Assembly: GCF_009914755.1 (NCBI RefSeq)
Contig: NC_060934.1
DNA: 64,000 nucleotides
Reading direction: 5' to 3' (one strand)
From: the human T2T-CHM13v2.0 reference genome, Homo sapiens
Part shown: in pieces, positions 45,100-58,244 of the stretch
Numbering within the stretch: position 1 is the stretch's first letter
Layout of the letters: every line of letters starts with the position of its first letter
Notes under the pieces: model-generated
Told to the model about the DNA's origin: nothing
The model's database searches: none
What the model saw: only the letters and a program-made list of their open reading frames with translations
Program-made: the position numbers and the translations under genes

Positions 45100-45360
45100 T
45101 ATTATGGACTGAATGTTTTTATATCTTCCTCGAATTGATGTGTTGAAATCCTAATCACCAAAGTGATGGTTTTAGGAAGTGGGGACTTCAAGAGATGAAG
45201 TCATGAGGATGAAACTCTCCTGTAATGGAATTAGTGCCTTTATAAGAGGAAACACAAAAGCGATTAACTTCTCCCTTCCTCATGTAAGGATGCAATGAGA
45301 AGATGGCCATTTGCAAACCAGGAAGCAGGTCCTCATTAGACAGCAGATTGGTGGGCACTT
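45100..45360 (+). mobile_element. MLT1A-type LTR, 3'-truncated
   Basis: TATTATGGACTGAATGT...GTGTTGAAATCCTAATCACCAAAGTGATGG...ATTAGTGCCTTTATAAGAG. Confidence 0.85.
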
Positions 45361-45673
45361 CCAGGCTGCTATAACAAAAATACTATACCATAGAAATTTA
45401 TTTCTCACAGATCTAGAAGCTAAAAGTCCAAGATCAAAGCACCAGCAGATTCCATGTCTGGTGAGGGCTTCTTGCCGTTAACTTTAATGGCAAAAGGAGT
45501 GAGGAGTCTCTCTCCAGCTTCTTTTATAAGGACACTAATCCTTTTCATGAGGGCTCCACCTTCATGGTCTTGTCTAGTCCCGAAGGACCCACCTCTTAAT
45601 ATTATCGGCTTTGGAGGTTGGAATTTCAGCATATACATTTTGTGGGGGAGACACAAACATTCAGACCATAGCA
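45361..45673 (-). mobile_element. MLT1A-type LTR, opposite orientation
   Basis: GGCTGCTATAACAAAA...AAATTTATTTCTCACAG...ACACAAACATTCAGACCATAGCA. Confidence 0.85.
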
Positions 45674-46939
45674 ATGTGACTATTCACAATATTTACAGAA
45701 CTGTTAATTTTTAAAAATGATTTCCCTTGCAAAGGTATTTTTTAAAGGTAAGGCCTCAAAGAAGGATTGTGTTGGGTACATCTGACAATATGCATAGAAA
45801 ATGCTCAAAAATAAATTTGTTTGGAGGTGGTATTTCTAAAAAGGCAGATCAAAAAGGGTTTGCATTTACTTTTTCCCCTTCCCACCTCCAAAATTTAGTA
45901 TATGCTACTTAGAGGAATAAACTTGGTGAAGAAGGGAATAATATATCCAATAGTTGCTTTGTGTTTTCATTAAGTGCATTTACAGGTCCTGTGAGAGACA
46001 GTGCAACTCCCAAAAAAAGATGAAATCTAATCCCAGGGTTCTCATTTCACCCCAGAGAGAAGTAACTTGGGAAAGATAATGAACTTTCCCCATTTCCTCA
46101 TTTTCTTTATGAGAACTTAACAATCAAAATCCCATGATATTTTCCTGCCAATGGGAAGATAGGCCTAACTTCTAGTATTAGGAAGAAAGAGTAAGAAGGA
46201 AAAATGTGTTGGCTCCATCATAAAACTTCTTGTCTCAATTTGGTAAGATATTTATCTTTGTCTTATGAACTGAAAGTGAATATCAAGTGGGAAAAGACTT
46301 GTCCTACATTTTCACAATTAAGATGAGTACTCAAGGAATATTATAGAACAATTATGCTAAGCATCTTTGGGCTTAAAAACAATAGAAAACAAAACTGTAC
46401 CATAATACTTTTGATAGAGTTTATAGTGTTAGTTTTAATTAACTTAATAATAACATCAGAAGACAATTATAGACATGGCCCAAATGCCAGAAAGCAGGTA
46501 AAAATTCATTGATATTAATCTATGGGCTTCATACTACCTCTACTTCCTAATTTCCTGTTAATTATGTAGAGTCAATGGACATCTGCTGAAACAGTTTATA
46601 CCAGTGTAATGCTTCATGAAGAAAGAGTATATGTCAATTTTGTTTATTGTTTTTAGCCTGTCTGACTCACATTATGTGTCAAAGTTTTTGAATTGTTAAA
46701 CTAAGCAATTGTTCCTCCCAACATGTCATGAACACTAGCTGGTGTGAACTAGAATGAGAACTACAATATTTGGGGTTACTTCCTTTTGTAATACACATAA
46801 TCGTATGTCCTGCACAGACTCCCAAATAATATCATCTAGGCTATACACAAGAGAAATGTTCACCCATTTGAAAAAGATATGACTGATGAAAGGTATATTT
46901 TTTCACTGAATAGAGCTAGAAACGTTGACAATCTGGAAA

Positions 46940-47400
46940 TCACTCTTTATACCCGGTGCCACTGTCTTACCATTTATCTTGAGTCTACTTTCTACTTACC
47001 ATCTATCTCCTCTTACACAATTCTAGGTCTTGAAGCCATCCTCTTTATATCAAAGTTATATAAAAGCCTCTAAACTGGTTTATCTACATCTGTTAATGCT
47101 TTATTCAAAACCTCCCTCATGGTACAGTAACAATGTCTTATTAAATTTGTTATTCAAGTTATTATTATGCATAAAGTTCTCCATTAACTTCTCACTCTAA
47201 GATATAGTACAAAATCCTTAATTCAATATGTGATCCTATGTCCTTATATGATTTCTTTATATGATCTAGCTCCCATTCACCAGGCTCCTACAGAATCAGT
47301 ATTCCTTCTTCTTTACTCACCAGCCATATCAACTTTCATTTATTTCCTCTCAAATGTAACTTCTACTTTGCTTGTTCAAATACCATAGGTTTCCTATATT
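46940..47400 (+). mobile_element. L2 remnant
   Basis: AAAGCCTCTAAACTGGTTTATCTAC; AAAGTTCTCCATTAACTTCTCACTCTAAGATATAGTACAAAATCCTTA. Confidence 0.55.
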
Positions 47401-47719
47401 TTAATACCAATTCTTAGGCAGAGATCAGTGTCCAGCAACTTGAACTCCAACTTATGGCCTCTCCCAGCCTCAAAACTATATTAACTGCAGTAAAGGGCTC
47501 AGCCCAGTGATGAAAGAAGCATAAAGACTAGCCTCCATTCTGGACTAAATCCCAGGATCTGTGCATTTTTTTTCACTTGCTACGTAAGAAACAAACATTT
47601 TCCTTAAACGAATATTCAACAGCTAAGAGGAAATCAACTTAAAAGTGTACCACAATTAATTTTGCATTTTAGAAATCTGAGTATGTATAAGCAATTTACT
47701 AAATTAGTCAACATCACTA

Positions 47720-47930
47720 GTCATTGCTGTGTATCTACTCTTTTCCAGAATAATGTCCACCACTTCTCGAAGTCCTAATGTATGCCAGACATTTTGGTCA
47801 ATGATTTATATATATTGTTCCAATTATCATTCATAATAGTCAAATGTGATGTTATTATCCCTATACTACAACTGAAGGGTAAGTAACCTAAGAAAACACA
47901 GAGTGAATACAGAACTCAATTCTAGTCTTA
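47720..47930 (-). mobile_element. MIR remnant
   Basis: TAATGTATGCCAGACATTTTG...TTATTATCCCTATACTACA..TAAGTAACCT. Confidence 0.6.
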
Positions 47931-48861
47931 GGTGTTTACTCCAAGACCTTTCTCTCTTCCTTCTTGCCTTAGCTTTTTCCTTCTGTGGAAAATACTGCAT
48001 TGCTGAAGACTTAAGTTACTTACAGCTCTCTTCTTAAAATCAGTGCCTCTGCAGCAGTTGCATGCTGCCTCATAATTCCCTTGCATCATACCATTCTCAT
48101 TGTACCTAATGAGAGAGGTGCCCATCTCTGACAACCCTAAGAATAGTGAATCCTGCAAACATTTCAATAAAACATGTATTCCTATAGAGTGACAAGTTCC
48201 CAGATGGAACCTTAATTTGCTTTTCTACAGGCAAACAAAAGCTCACTAGAAGCTTGTTGCTTTAAAAAGAGTCCACTAGAGCTTTCCAAGAGAAGAAGCA
48301 TTGTCCTGAATTTTCCCTTCTCCTTGTAATAAAAGAGAATAAGGCATCCTTTATTATAGAAATAAGCCAAAAGAATAAAAGAAAAGAATGAGGCCATAAT
48401 AATCCTTCTATCTATTTTTTCTTTATTTTTCTTTCCACCCTTGTATATGCTTGTCTCTTCTAATCACCATTGGATAAGATTCTGGAATCCCTACTAATTT
48501 TGATATTCATTTAAAATTCCAACTATGTATCATTTTTGTTATTTGTATCTCTTTGTTTATTGCATATTATTAGAGTTCAAATTTCTCTCATTTAATATAC
48601 ATATTTGAGTAAAAACTATCAGAAACTGAATCATCAGATTAAATAATAATAATAATAATAATTGTCTTATTCCTAAGAACATGCACTTAAAGGGCTGATC
48701 TTTGTATTCCCACTAATGGACTTCAGTAGGTAAATAATTTCTTTCTTGATCTCTCTTTATGAACACAGTCAGGGTCCATTACTTGTATTCTCTTGATTTA
48801 GTCAAAATTTCTAATCTGAAATGGACTTTTTTCATTATTTCTTATTAAATAAAGGTTTACT

Positions 48862-49387
48862 TATGGTGATGTTAATACTGAGTGTCAACTTGATTGGATT
48901 GAGGGATACAAAGTATTGATCCTGGGTGTGTCTGTGTGGGTGTTGTTAAAAGAGATTAACATTTGAATCAGTGGGCTGGGGAAGGTAGATCCACTCTTAA
49001 TCTGGAGTGTACAATCTTATCAGCTGCCAGTGAATATAAAGTAGGCAGAAAAATGTGAAAAAGCAAGACAGGCCTAGACTCCCAGCCTACATCTTTCTCC
49101 CGTGCTGGATGCTTCCTGCCCTCGAACATAGGACTCCAAGTTCTTCAGTTTTGAGACTCCGACTGGCTCTCCTTGCTCCTTAGCTTGTAGACAGCCTATT
49201 GCGGGACCTTGTGATTGTATAAGTTAATACTTAACAATCACCCCTTTACAGATATAGATATAGATATAGATATAGATATAGATGATATAGATATAGATAT
49301 AGATATAATCTATCTATATATATATATACACACACACACATCTCTATCTATTAGTGCTGTCCCTCTAAGAGAATCCTGACTAATACA
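48862..49387 (+). mobile_element. MLT2A1 (HERV-L) solo LTR
   Basis: GTTAATACTGAGTGTCAACTTGATTGGATTGAGGGATACAAAGTATTGATCCTGGGTGTGTCTGTG...GTCCCTCTAAGAGAATCCTGACTAATACA; internal (GATATA)n at 49250-49310. Confidence 0.92.
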
Positions 49388-49959
49388 TTGACATTTAATG
49401 GTGATTGATTCTTAAATGTTTTTTTTTTACTACTTTCACAAATTATTGTTTAAGACATAGTTTTCACTACTAATGTCTAAGATTCACTTGGTACCTTAAT
49501 GCCTTAATGACTCCTCCAAATGGTAATAATAGCATACATCATCTGAGGTTGTCAAAAATATTTTTCATGCACCAGTCATATTTTGTGTTCATAGTTAACT
49601 TCTTCTTAGAATTTTTAAAAATTGCATATTTCCATGCATGTAATTTTTCTGCTGGACCATTTAAATGTTCAACAAATAGTTATTGACTATCAATTCAATG
49701 TTCAAAGTGAGAAGACTGGGTAAAAAATGAGACTAAAACGTTTAACATTGAAAAGTACTTAGTTTTGTTATTTTTCATTATGTAGAACATTTTTATTTCA
49801 TTAAAAATTAATTGGAAACATATATTCAACCCGAATTTCTCAGTGCCAAAGTGACCAAACTGAAGTGTTTTCAAGTGATTAGAGTATAGGAACTTAACTA
49901 CTAAAAGAGTTAACTATGTAGTTACTGATATGAAAACAAAAAGACAAACTCAAAGTTAA

Positions 49960-50110
49960 AATCAGATATCCTGGGTACAACTACAAGAACTATAGTTCTG
50001 TAGGTGTATGAACATGCACAAATTATTTAATGCCTTTCTGATTTAATTCCCTCATCTGAAAATGGGAACCTAATATACATGCTATCTAATTCCATGATTG
50101 ATAAAAAGAT
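49960..50110 (+). mobile_element. MIR remnant
   Basis: AAATTATTTAATGCCTTTCTGATTTAATTCCCTCATCTGAAAATGGGA. Confidence 0.65.
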
Positions 50111-50379
50111 TCAATTTGAAATCCTCATATAACTGGTATATAAACAATGACATCAGCATGTAAGTATAAATATTGCAAAGTGTTCTTTAAATAAGAATAG
50201 AATATCAAAATGTTTAATATTCCCACAAACATTTTGAATAGGATATGATTGTATTTTTGAGAATTCTTTAAAGTATAGCCCATTCCATATTCTCTGTATC
50301 TATTAAATTTCATATGGTGAATTCTAGACAATTCTTATCCACTATAATTGAGAATAATGATCCCATTATTGCAGTCATA

Positions 50380-50600
50380 CATTCATACCTTCATTCATCC
50401 ATTTATTAAACAAACATTTATTGAGCATCTTATGTGCTTCAAGCTTTTGGTATCTGTCTGGGTATAGGAAAAAAATAGTGACATGGTCCCTGCTCTTATA
50501 AAACTGTATGTGAGGTTATGTATATAATTGAAATACACATAAAATATGCTGAAATAGAGGTACACAGTATATTGTTTGTGAACATTGAGGGTTAAATAAA
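50380..50600 (-). mobile_element. L2 3' end
   Basis: CATTCATCCATTTATTAAACAAACATTTATTGAGCATCTTATGTGC...ACATGGTCCCTGCTCT. Confidence 0.75.
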
Positions 50601-51019
50601 TTATTCAAATCAAGATATATTCTAGGGTTCTCAGTCAAGGCGCTAATTTCCAATTTGCCTCACAAATTCTCTGTATAGCAAATTCAGCAAGAGCAATATT
50701 AACTGGTCTGAGGTTCAACCTCTCTCTCTGTCTCTAGTAACAATCCTAAAAAAGTATGAGAATGTGAAGAGTTAGAAAATAACAGGGAAAGGAAAAAAAT
50801 TTAAAGGACCTGGGTAACATAACAAGATAATAACAAACAACTCAGATATTAATCTTAATATGGAATAAAAAATTCATATTTTAACCAAATAAGAAAAGAT
50901 TAAAATCGATAACATTGAACACCTATTACATCCTACATTTTAGACACCACATTTATATATATTATCTTATTTTAAAACTTGAAAAAACATTAAATTAAAA
51001 ATTATTGCACTTACTGTTT

Positions 51020-51779
51020 TTTGCTTGTTTGTTTGTTTTATTTTACTTTAAGTTATGGGATACATGTGCAGAACGTGTAAGGTTTGTTACATAGGTATAG
51101 ACATGCCATGGTGGTTTGCTGCACCTATCAACTCACCATCTACATTAGGTATTTCCCCTAATGCTATCCCTCCCCTAGCCCCCCATTGCCCAACAGGCCC
51201 TTGTGTGTGATGTTCCCTTCCTGTGTCCATGTGTTCTCATTGTTCAACTCCCATTGATAAGTGAGAACACGTGGTGTTTGATTTTCTGTTCCTGTGTTAG
51301 TTTGCTGAGGATGATGGTTTCCAGCTTCATCCATGTCCTGGCAAAGGAAATGAACTCATCCTTTTTTAAGGCTGCCTAGTATTCCATGGTGTATATGTGC
51401 CACATTTTCTTTATCCAGTCTATCATTAGTGGGCATTTGGGTTGGTTCCAAGTCTTTCCTATTGTGAATAGTGCTGCAATAAACATACGTGTGCATGTGT
51501 CTTTATAATAGAATGATTTATAATCCTTTGAGTATATACCCAGTATGGGATTGCTGGGTCAAATGGTATTTCTGGTTCTAGATCCTTGAGGAATCATCAC
51601 ACTGATTTCCACAATGGCTGAACTAATTTACACTCCCACCAACAATTTAAAGCATTCCTATTTCTCCACATCCTCTCCAGCATCTGTTGTTTCCTGACTT
51701 TTTAATGATTGCCATTCTAACTGGTGTGAGATGGTATCTCATTGTGGTTTTGATTTGCATTTCTCTAATGACTGGTGAT
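51020..51779 (-). mobile_element. 5'-truncated L1PA6/7
   Basis: Canonical L1PA 3'UTR antisense (GGGATACATGTGCAGAACGTG...CTACATTAGGTATTTCCCCTAATGCTATCCCTCCCC). Confidence 0.93.
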
Positions 51780-51811
<32 letters not shown>

Positions 51812-51892
51812 TATATAGTATATTATATATATATATTACATATATAAGATATAATATATTATATATACATATTTTATATATATATATATATA
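51780..51892. repeat. (TA)n-rich microsatellite at L1 5' junction
   Basis: Visible TA runs. Confidence 0.95.
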
Positions 51893-52949
51893 GCACTTGT
51901 TTTATTGTGGCATATCTGAAGTGTTGAAAGATTAAGTCACCTAAACTAAAACAAACTAAAAACCATAGCTTTTAAAAATTCCAAATCCTATATATCTCCT
52001 CTAAAACACATACCTAGTCTTAAAATAAAACAATACATGCACCCACAATTCTCTAACATATGAGTGTTTAGGTGTGTATGATGAAGCTTCTCAATCTTGC
52101 TCTTTAAACTTAATCTCTGATTCTTTACACAATTTATTGCATGTCAAATTGCAATTATAGTAAACAAAAGAGTTTATCTCCTGTGGTGAAAGACAATTTT
52201 CCATCCGAGTTAGTTATTTAGTCCTGTTACATAGAAGGCATGTCATAGGCAAGAACAGAAGTTATTTATTCATACACTGGGAAGAAAATTACTTTTGGCA
52301 TTTTCACTTTCCTTGTTAAACAAATATTATCAAGTAGGTACTGAATATCTGCTATGTATTCAGAATTCACCTACCCTCTGTGGTAGGACCTGTAAAGTTA
52401 TCACATGCTGTATAGCATAAAGGTGACTAATGACAAGGAAAAGAAAAAGCTTCTTCCAGAAATTGGGATTCCAATGTAAAAATATGAGTACTATTTAAAT
52501 AAGTAAAGGGAAAAATGTATGGAGGGTAGTCTCTGAAGACACAGACAGAATAAAGCAATAGAAACCAAAAGAAAATTGACATAGTCACTGGAACAGTGGT
52601 TCAAGGCCCATAATAAGGCCATTCAGCATATTATTTGTTCAAATAAAATATGGATTTCTGCCAGGCTTCAATTTTCTAAAAATCATATTTAATCTTGTAA
52701 CAGTTTTTTTTTGCCATTTACACTATTACATTTAATTAGAGCAAAGTTTGCATTTAACACATAATCTTTTTATAAACATTAAATAGAAAAAAGAAACACT
52801 ATACTTGAATTATGACACAATGTTTTTTAAAAATTTTCATTAATGATGAAAGTCATCTAGACTTTTAGAGATGTTATAATACAAATAAAAGTTTTTCTCA
52901 TAAATAATGAAACACAGAATCTGAATTGTAACATTTTAAGGGTCTTTGG

Positions 52950-53275
52950 TTTCTCTCACCATTCCTATTCATTAATGTACTTAAAAGTCCTAGCTAATGA
53001 AAATTTAAGACCAACAAAAGAAATAAAAGTTATGCAGACTGGGAAAAAATACAAATGTCTTTTCACAGATGACATAACTGTCTATGTAGAAATCCCAAAG
53101 AATTAACAATAACAATAACAACCACAACAAAAAAATTCCTGGAATAAGAAATTGCCAGGTTGCAGGATACATAGTATAAAAAAGTCAATTGCCTTTTTGT
53201 GTACCATCAATAAATAATTGGAATTTGAAATTAAAAACACAATACCATTCACATTAGCAGGATTGTTAACATATA
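52950..53275 (+). mobile_element. Old L1M ORF2 (RT) fragment
   Basis: TTCACAGATGACATAACTGTCTATGTAGAAATCCC (FxDD motif region). Confidence 0.8.
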
Positions 53276-53339
53276 ATATACAAAGTAGTCTTTAAAGTCA
53301 ACAAGAAGGAGAAAAGTAAAATTAAAAATGAGCAACATA

Positions 53340-53554
53340 GGCTGGGCATGGTGGCTCATGCCCGTAATCCTAGCACTTTGGGAGGCTGAGATGGGCAGAT
53401 CACCTGAGGTTAGGAGTTCAAGACCAGCCTGGCCAACATGGTAAAACCCCGTCTCCACTAAAAATACAAACATTAGCTGGGCACAGTGCTGCAAGCCTGT
53501 AATCCCAGCTACTCGGGAGGCTGAGGCAGGAGAATTGCTTGAACCCGGGAGGTT
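53340..53554 (+). mobile_element. AluS, 3'-truncated
   Basis: GGCTGGGCATGGTGGCTCA...GAACCCGGGAGG then abrupt end with no tail. Confidence 0.92.
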
Positions 53555-53677
53555 CACATAAAACTTATATTAAATAAATTTGTATGCTTTTCTCCTGTTG
53601 ATCTGTCTTATGTCAATTTAATTATTGGTTCCAAAAAACCCCTAAGAGGGTAGTAGTTAAATTTTACCTTCACTACA
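53555..53677 (+). mobile_element. 3' end of MER34/MER39-like ERV1 LTR
   Basis: CACATAAAACTTATATTAAATAAATTTGTATGCTTTTCTCCTGTTGATCTGTC...CCCTAAGAGGGTAG...CTACA. Confidence 0.7.
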
Positions 53678-54578
53678 TTCATCATCTTTAATACCATGCA
53701 CACAGCAGTGACCTTGTCATTTGCAGCAAATGCAAATTGTTATTATCTCAATTTCAGTCATCGCACTCTTTGAACCATATTCTACATGTCTAGTACTAGG
53801 ACCTTGATATCAATAATATTTTGACCTTGCTTTAACCTCAATTGATTAATCTTAACAACTTTTCACGATGTCTCACATTTCTCCTTCCCCTTTTCTCTTT
53901 CCTACTAGTTTAAATGCTAAGTTCAATTATTTCAACTACTTCATTGCATACATTATAAATTTCTTGAACTTCTCTTTCTGTCTCATTTGGCCAAACCTTC
54001 ATGCAGGTTATATCCAATTTTAAAGCTACTTCATGCCTACAGGTGTTCCAATGAACTTACAAGAAGAAGAAGGAGAAGGAAGAGGAGGAGGAAGCAGGAA
54101 GAAGGTAGGAAGAGGTTGATGAAGCTCATCTCACTTTAATTTTATGACTACAAATCTCTTATAGGCCCTTAAATTTAACTAGAAATCACATATCGTACCT
54201 AATTGATTAATGCTTCTGGGCCTCTGATGACTTTTCAAACTTTCTCATTTTCCTCAAAATTCTAGCATTGCTACACCATTCTCTCTTTAGTTGATGAATT
54301 ATTTCCTATTTTACTGAAAAACTTGAAGTAATCATTTTTTTCTTTAAGCTTTCCCACCACAGTCAACCCACTGAGCAACATTCGTGACCATTTAACTTGG
54401 CTTCCCTCTTGCTGTGTAAAACTTTTTATGCTCCTATTTAAGGCCAGTTTCTCCCTATATGTCATTCTTTCCTGACTGCTAATAATATTGCTTTAGAAAA
54501 TTAAATACTTTATTTCCTTCATCATTAAAATTTTTTTCACTAATGGATTGCTTCTGTCAATGAAAGACATTGTTATTT

Positions 54579-55402
54579 GTGGTTTTGATTTGCATTTCTC
54601 TAATGACCTGTGATGATGAGCCTTTTTTCATGTTTATTGGCCGCATAAATGTCTTCCTCTGAGAAGTGTCTGTTCATATCCTTCACCCACTTTTTGATGG
54701 GGTTATTTGTTTTTCTCATACATTTATTAAAGTTCCTTGTAGATTCTGGAGGAATAGGAATGCTTTTACGCTGTTGGTGGGAATGTAAATTAGTTCAACC
54801 ATTGTGGAAGACAGTGTAGCCATTCTTCAAGGATCTAGAACCAGAAATTCCATTTGACCCAGCAATCCCGTTACTGGTTATATACCCAAAGGATTATAAA
54901 TCATTCTACTATAAAGACACATGCACAGGTATGTTTATTGCAGCACTATTCACAATAGCAAAGACGTGGAACCAACCCAAATGCCCATCGATGATAGACT
55001 GGATAAAGAAAATATGGCACATATGCACCATAGAATACTATGCAGTGATAAAAAAGAATGAGATCATGTCCTTTGCAGGGACATGGATGAAGCTGGAAAC
55101 CATCATCCTCAGCACACTAACACAGGAACAGAAAACCAAACGTCACAGGTTCTCACTCATAAGTGGGAGTTGAACAATGAGAACACATGGACACAGTGAG
55201 GGGAACATCACATACCAGGGCCTGTCAGGGGTTGGGGGACGAGGGGAGGGAGAGCATTAGGACAAATATCTAATGCATGTGGGGCTTAAAAACTAGATGA
55301 TGGGTTGATGGGTGCCACAAACCACCATGGCACATGTATACCTATATAACAAACCTGCACGTTCTGCACATGTATTCCAGAACTTAAAGTACAATTTTAA
55401 AA
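54579..55402 (+). mobile_element. L1PA7-type element with 5' inversion (minus 54579-54750, plus 54751-55402)
   Basis: ORF 54931..55173 = ORF2 C-terminus; degenerate TSD AAAGACATTGTTATTT / AAAGATAGTGTTGTTT. Confidence 0.9.
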
Positions 55403-56165
55403 AAAGATAGTGTTGTTTGTTTCATCTTAAAAAAACAAAATAAAGCAAAATAAAACCAAATACACCAAAAACTTATTGATGTTTTCTTCTGTAACTACTG
55501 TTCTACTTCTCTGCTCTGAGAATCTGCTCTTATTCTTCTCAAATTCTCTCCTATCTCCCTCCAAACTGTTCCAATCAGTTTTTGCTTCAATACTCTACCA
55601 AAACTGTTGTTTTAGTGGTCACCAACATCTGGATTTCAGAATCTGATGGTCAGTAATCAGTCTTAATCTGATTTCGCCACTAGTAGCATTTGGCATTAGA
55701 GATTACTCTCTAACTTTTAAAGTCAGAAAAAAACAGGATATGGCAATCTCCTGATTTTGCTGCTACCTCACAAATTTATGTTTCTCTCCTTTTTTGGTTC
55801 CTTCTTATCTCCTGACCTTCTAATTTCGGTACATACCGGAGATTCATTTTTGAAATTCTTTTACATTTATTTTTAATCTCATTGTAATTTTCTCCGGTCT
55901 CATTAAGTACTATCTAATGAATATTACCAAATTTATGTCCCCAACCATGACCTCTCTCCAAGTTTCAGCCTCATATACTTTCCCTCCTATTAGTCATCTT
56001 CACATGTCCCTCTAATAAGAATTCCAACCTTTCCATTTCCAAAGCTGAAATGGTGACCTACCTCTCTTCCTTCACTTTCCAATATATGTCTTTTTCTCAG
56101 TCTTCCTCATATCAGATAATGATTCATCCTTTAGTCACTCAGGCCAAACACCTTGAGTTATTCAT

Positions 56166-56546
56166 GTTTCTTAGCATATTTGTCCTACTACAACACAATA
56201 CCAGAGATAGGATAGTTTATTAATAATCAAAATTTATCTCTCATAGTTCTGGAGGCTGGGAAGCCCAAGCTCAACATGCCAGAAGGTTCTATTCAGTGTG
56301 TGGTGAAAGCCAATTTCCCATAGATTGATGCTGTCTAGGTGTCCACATGGTGAAGGGATGAAAGGGCAAAACTGAGGTCAAATGCTAGTTCCTCTAGCCC
56401 TTTTATAAGGCACTAATCCATTCATGAGGATGAAGTCCTCATGACTTAATCGCTTCCCAAAAGGCCTCAACTCTTAATACAACCACAGCAGGAATTAAGT
56501 CTCAATCTGAATTATGGAAGGGATACAAACATTCAAACCCATGACA
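56166..56546 (-). mobile_element. MST/MLT1A-type MaLR solo LTR
   Basis: AATTTATCTCTCATAGTTCTGGAGGCTGGGAAGCCCAAG...TTTTATAAGGCACTAATCCATTCATGAGG...ACAAACATTCAAACC. Confidence 0.85.
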
Positions 56547-57937
56547 ACATAATCCATTTCTTCGACCCACAGTACAGACCTCAAAGATAAGTTCTATCTT
56601 CAAATGTACTCAAAATAGCATCATTTCACACTACTTCCAACTTCTATGATAGTCAAATGTACAATAACTCTCAATTAGAATACTTCAGTAGCTTCCCAAC
56701 AACTCTCAATGCTTCAGTGTTGGCTTTGCTAAAGTTTCTTCTCAACCCAGAAGCCAGAGTCATCCATTAAAAACATAACTCAGCTCAGATGGCGCCATTT
56801 TTCCAAATACCTCAGTGGCTTTCTCTAATAAAGACACAGAGTAAAAGGTTAAGTCAACATGAAGATCTTTCAGGCTCTAGAAAATATGATCCTCATAATT
56901 CTCAAATTTTATCTCCTAGTAATCGTCTCCTCACTTACTTCACTTTGACTTCTTGTACTTTTGCTTTTGCTAAAAATATTCAAGCATTTTCCAGCCTCAA
57001 GGCCTTTGCACTAAAAAATTGTGTATACTTAGTCAATACTATCAAAGGATTCACAAAGTCACCAGAATGCATTAGGCTAGCATGGTACGCAAAAATAGTC
57101 ACCTTAATACAGACACATAAAACAAAGGTGATAAAAAGGGGATGTGTTTCTGGATGCAAACCAAAATAGAGACAATCCTTCTAGACAATTGAAGTGGAAG
57201 TGTATACACTGCATCAACAATTGTATTTTATATACGATTAATGACGCCATTAGCAAATTATAGACAGTATATTCAGAATAAACATTTAATTACAGCCTAT
57301 TAATTTACTGGTTTGCTTTAAACAGAAACTCCTGAAAAAACACCTTCAGAAATGTTTAGTTGAAGTAGAGTTTGACAAATTATTTTCTGAAGTAATATTA
57401 GTCACCAGATAATCCTATCTCTTAAAACTTGGTGCTGTAATGATGAACAATCTAGTCGGGATAAGTTAATTAATCACAGACTTTTACTTGCCTTTTCTTT
57501 CAATTATTTCTTCCAACTTTTTCAAACTTAGGTTAACTTGAATACAACAAAATCAAGGATCAAAACAATGAAACTATATCTAGAACATTTTAAATGAAAG
57601 CTACTCAGATGTGCTTTAAACACTCAAATATGCTTGAAGATAGACTCTATACTCAAGAATTTGTTTTTTAAAATGTCTTTAAAAAGTTTTCAGAAAAAAC
57701 TTGAAATTTGTTTCTAAAGAGAGTAAAGTGAGTAACGTTTATCCCAGTGACAGGGAAAGTAGTTTCCTGAAAATTATATGAACACTTTTCACTCTATCTT
57801 TTAAAGAATTTTGGTGATCTTCTTTACTCATGATAATATTTTCTTGTTTTGTATAGCTTTGCTACCTTCAGGTCAGAAAAATTCTTGGTGTTCTAAGCCT
57901 CAGAATTGTATTTGGAGATTCTTATAAAAGAACATCA

Positions 57938-58244
<307 letters not shown>

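Larger units (their letters stand above)
53690..57010 (+). mobile_element. Long ancient L2 remnant interrupted by L1PA (54579-55402) and MaLR (56166-56546)
   Basis: L2-like CT-rich ORF2/3' motifs (AATCAGTTTTTGCTTCAATACTCTACCAAAACTG; TCACTCAGGCCAAACACCTTGAGTTATT; CCAGCCTCAAGGCCTTTGCACT). Confidence 0.65.

Noticed and set aside
56789-57169. 126-aa ORF with ATG
   Set aside because: Mostly L2-derived sequence, no known motif or supporting promoter/splice structure
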